Shown piece after piece: positions 59,854-64,000 of a DNA stretch of 64,000 nucleotides. Within the stretch, counting starts at the first letter, position 1. Each line of letters begins with the position of its first letter. The notes beneath the pieces are model-generated. The model was not told the origin of the DNA. It was given only the letters and a program-made list of their open reading frames with translations, and ran no database searches. The position numbers and the translations under genes are program-made. Location of the stretch: positions 11,445,832 to 11,509,831 of the forward strand of contig CM119264.1 of the NCBI GenBank assembly GCA_051294375.1, given 5' to 3'. This stretch comes from Paraspadella gotoi. Its lineage: Eukaryota > Animalia > Chaetognatha.

Positions 59854-62800
59854 ATGGATCTACCAATCAACACCGGTTTTGGGCGCTCCCGTGGGCGTGG
59901 TCTCTTTGAAATGAACGACAACTTGGATTTTCCGAGTTTTCCTTCGTCTTCAATGTCAGGTTCGTTAACAACTACCTAAAAAGTCTTCAAAATAAATTTT
60001 TTTAATTAAAAGACTTGATACGTATATATTATATAAATGTTGTCCGTTTTAATGATCAGTGACTTGTCAAGATTAAAACAAGAAACGGCAGTTTCAGTGT
60101 GTTGTACTGGCGATCACTTATTTGTAAAGGTCTACATTGACTTAGTTTTATATTAGTTATGACGCATTAAATATCGGTCATTTGATTGTAATTTTTTATG
60201 ATCACACGACTACCCAAATATGAAATTTAGGATCATTAAGCATTTCATGGTGCTCAACCTAACGGACTAAAAGTAACTTCCGGGAAAAAGTCAAGTAAAT
60301 TTTACTGTAAAGGAACAAGAGAGCTCCTCAATTGATTTTTTTTACTAACAAATAGTTAATAAAATATTCTTCCCATTTTTTCACAAATTTACAATAGCGA
60401 ATGTTACATTGGTAACTTGGTAAGTCACAAGTGAATTTTTTATGGTAACATGTTGGTAAATGGAAATCTATATTAAAATACGTTCTATGAGAATAAATGA
60501 ATTCACTTAACTATACTAAATGTTTGGAAACAAATATACAATAATTATTGATTATCTCTCACGCAGTTTTTATTCATTCAGGGTTTGGAATTGGCAGTAT
60601 GTCCGAACGTATGGACAGAAGGATGAAAGAAATGGAGCAACAAATGAGCGCCATGAGGTACGTAAGTTGAAATATTTTCGTTAACGGTTTACGTTCATTG
60701 GTCATAGAATATTTTTTTTATTTTGTGGACCAGATCCGATTTTTTCAAAAGATCGATGCCGATGGGCGGCATGAATATGGGCATGCAAGGATTCGGCGGT
60801 AGTTTGGCTGCAGCACCCTCACAGGTTGGTGAGATTTCATGAAATAATAAATAATTAATATAATAAATAATTAACATTGTTAACTAACTCTTTTTGTCTC
60901 AGCAATCTTTTGGAGACGAACACTTCATGGAAGAGGACGGAACGAAAAAATTTAAGCTGGAATACAATATCGGAAATTTCGACCCCGAAGAAATTAGCGT
61001 GAAGACAGAAGGTCAGGTTCTTCGTGTTCACGCGTTGAGGGATAAAAACCAGGCCGGGCACAAGGAGCACAAGGAGTTCAAGAGGGATTGCACGATTCCA
61101 GGTTGGTCGGACAGACGGCGTTAGAATGGGCAAGTTTATCATTTATTGAATTTAGTTTCATATTTTAACTGACAGTTTATACATAAATCATCCTTATCTT
61201 ACAGCGGCCATCGATCCAGAAGCGATCATATCCCACTTGACCCCCGAGGGCATTTTGGTACTTGAAGCCCCCGTCCCTCTGCCGGCGATTGAGAATCGAA
61301 AAACATCTGCGTCGCCCATCGCCCCCGAAGAGGATCAAATTTCCAAGAGATCGGCTTCACCTTCCTCGTCTGCTGCCTCCAGTGTAGCTTCTAGGTGAGT
61401 TAATTAATTCTAATTAATTAATTAATTAAGTAAAGCATTCGAGGAAACATTCGCACGTTTTAACCGACGGTTTGGCTCGTTTTCCGTAGTCGACCCAAAT
61501 TCGGTCGTCAAAATTCAGCCGTGATTGAGGAGGAAGACGGTGGGCGAAAGATCAAACTAGAGTTCAACTTGGAAGGGTTCAATCCGGAGGATTTGTCGCT
61601 GCGCGTAACTCCGGAGAACACGCTCAAAATCGAGGCCATTCATGAGGAAAACCGCGGGGGATCGACGTCGAAAAAAGAATTCAGGTACGGATAGATTTAA
61701 TTAGATATATCATATGTAAAGAAGATTTCAGTCTCGGTCGTACGCTCTTATTGGGGATGACCCGGTTTCTATTAATATTTTTTAAGTTTATATCTGTAGT
61801 TACTGTTTACAGTTTAGGAATAGAAAGTGATGTTGTATGGCAACAGCCGGGTTGCCTGTGATGCCTGGGATGGGGTATCTCACCGATGGCTTGGGGGGCT
61901 TTCGACCCTTAGTGACGCCTCCTGTCTATGGCGCGGTTACCCTAGGACAGAGTCGCTTTGCCCACGCAGAGTGACATTGTGAGGACTGTAGATGGAACGC
62001 AACTCGTGGGATTGTGCGTTCCCCCTCGGAGTCAATGGGATTGGCTGAACGATGATGGACATGAGGCGGTGTGAATATATCGCCACAGTTGCCAAATTTA
62101 TAAAACTGAAGACATTATTTAAAATGAACTGACTATTGAGCAACTATTGTAATTTCGTTGTCATATTGATATTAATATGTCATTTCATCCTTTCAACTAT
62201 CTTTATTGTTTACATGCTCTTGAATATTTCCCTTTTTATTTTTTCTGAGATATATTAAAAAAAGAACTTTGAGGTAAAAAAAAATCCTTTACTTAATTTA
62301 ATCTACCAATCAATTGAATCAATCATGTGCCACTCATTAAAAACTTATGACTACCCAATTTAGTGAAATTGTGAAAGAGGAAACCACTACGAGTACATGA
62401 TTGCACATGAGAGCGTACGAGAGGAAATTTGCGATTAGCATGCGTATAAAGTACAATTTATTTCCGGCAATATTGAATTTTCAGACGTGAAATCGGTCTT
62501 CCCGAAAGCGCGGACGCTTCTAACATGAAAAGCATCATGAACGCTGATGGAATCTTGACAGTCGACATTCCTGTCCCAACCCCAGCCTACAACGCCCTAC
62601 CTTCTATTTCTGGCAAGTTCGACGCCGGAGACTCCAGTTTAGCAACGGTGCAGCCGGCGATGGCTAATATCGCAGCCGCCATGGAAGCCCCTGCCGTCGC
62701 TAATGTTGGAAATCTTCTTCAGACAACTGGTCAGTTGACATAAGGACATGTGATATTTGTGGTACTGTGGACGCAACAATCTGAAACTTGTTGCGTACAC

Positions 62801-63022
62801 ACTACATAGTACCCCTAAATTCGGATTTTGTTTTATTGTCTAATGATTTTGTTATCGTAAGAAATGAAAAACCTTAATTCTGTCACCTTAAGATTGATAT
62901 TTTAATCGTCGCAATCGCTTTTTCTCTCTTTTCTCCTGTGCTTCTGCTGCTGCCTCTTTGTCTTTCTTTTTTTTCTGGCTTCTCTGCTGCTGCCGCTGCT
63001 GATTCGTCCGAAAACGATTTGG

Positions 63023-63077
<55 letters not shown>

Positions 63078-63078
63078 T

Positions 63079-63142
<64 letters not shown>

Positions 63143-64000
63143 AAATTACGCATCGCATTCGTGCGTGTTATCATTTTGTTATCGCAACATCGGGTTTTTA
63201 TTCGTTCTTTCTTCTCGTCACTCTCTCTTTATTTTTATTTTTCTTTCTTTCTTTCTATTCTTTCTTTCTATTCTTCTTTCCTTTCTATTCTTTCTTTCCT
63301 TTCTATTCTCTCTGTCCTTTCTATTCTTTCTGTCCTTTCTATTTCTTTCTTTTTCTATTCTTTCTTTCCTTTCTATTCGTTCTTTCCTTTCTTTCTTCTC
63401 TTTCCTTTCTTCCTTTCTATCCTTTCTTTCCTTTCTATTCTTTCTTTTCATTTCTATTCTTTCTTTCCTTTCTATTTCTTTATCTTTCCTTCTATTCTTC
63501 TTCCTTTCTATTCTTTATTATATTTACTTTTCTTCTTTTTCTTTCTGTTTATAAATTAATTTTCTTTTCTCACATTTGATTTTTTAGTATCAAAAATTGT
63601 CGTCAATCCCGATTTTCTCATGCAATTGCGACGATTCTTATGCTTTTAAGATTTTTTCTTTTAGTATTGAAATTGACAAGTTTTTTTAAATGTTTTACCT
63701 AAATATGCTATCTTTGTCAAAGTTATAGGCATTAGGTAATATTATTATAGTGATATTTTCCCGAGAAAACATAAATAATCAGTTTAATGAAACTTTGATC
63801 AGGATTGTGATGGTCTTTAATTTATTATGTTTTGAAATTGTTGAAACTGAAAGAGAACCCCATAGAGATAACCCCATACCCATAACTTTATTATTATTAA
63901 CTTTTCTTATTTAAATATTCAATACAGTTAATACGGATGCCGTGAGTGTTGATAAAGAGCAAGGCGTACAAAAAGTGAAGTTCAACGTGCAAAATTTCAA
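59854..64000 (+). CDS. Small heat-shock protein with at least three alpha-crystallin domains (p40/major-egg-antigen-like); 3' end beyond the window
   Basis: Exons 59854-59959, 60582-60657, 60734-60824, 60903-61101, 61205-61394, 61490-61684, 62485-62729, 63928->64000. ACD1 KFKLEYNIGNFDPEEISVK...LTPEGILVLEAP; ACD2 IKLEFNLEGFNPEDLSLR...MNADGILTVDIP; ACD3 begins QKVKFNVQNF. Confidence 0.88.
61835..62110. repeat. Structured interspersed repeat, copy B (in an sHSP intron)
   Basis: Homologous to 42998-43229. Ends TGGCAAC...GTTGCCA can pair; several internal hairpins. Confidence 0.75.
63240..63520. repeat. ~19 bp pyrimidine minisatellite (TTCTATTCTTTCTTTCCTT)
   Basis: Tandem units read directly from the sequence. 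Confidence 0.85.

Overview
Animal (invertebrate-type) genomic DNA: AT-rich, intron-rich, dense in (GA/TC)n microsatellites, with several N-gaps and an apparently error-prone, probably long-read-patched stretch at about 17-29.6 kb. Manual splice-phase reconstruction gives seven + strand genes. (1) A 5'-truncated nephrin/Kirre-like single-pass Ig-superfamily gene spans 752-34617. (2) A complete 9-exon bacterial-type creatinase with a mitochondrial-type presequence is nested on the same strand inside one intron of the Ig gene. It is bracketed by an imperfect inverted repeat and has Leu in place of the substrate-binding Glu358. (3, 4) Two paralogous ~570-aa four-repeat proteins each combine an N-myristoylation motif with C-terminal ESCRT/Nedd4 late-domain motifs (PPxY and LYPxL in both, PSAP in one). 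(5) A sulfotransferase-like gene lies between them. (6) A divergent endophilin-like BAR+SH3 gene follows. (7) A small heat-shock gene has at least three alpha-crystallin domains and an upstream HSE. Non-coding content includes Penelope-type minimal hammerhead motifs in palindromes, Helentron/DINE-1-like elements, a 3.2 kb TIR element, a tRNA-derived SINE-like insert and a structured ~260 bp repeat. The most promising candidates for something undescribed are the myristoyl plus late-domain repeat proteins and the nested, active-site-altered creatinase. All gene models are manual and have not been checked against transcripts or databases.
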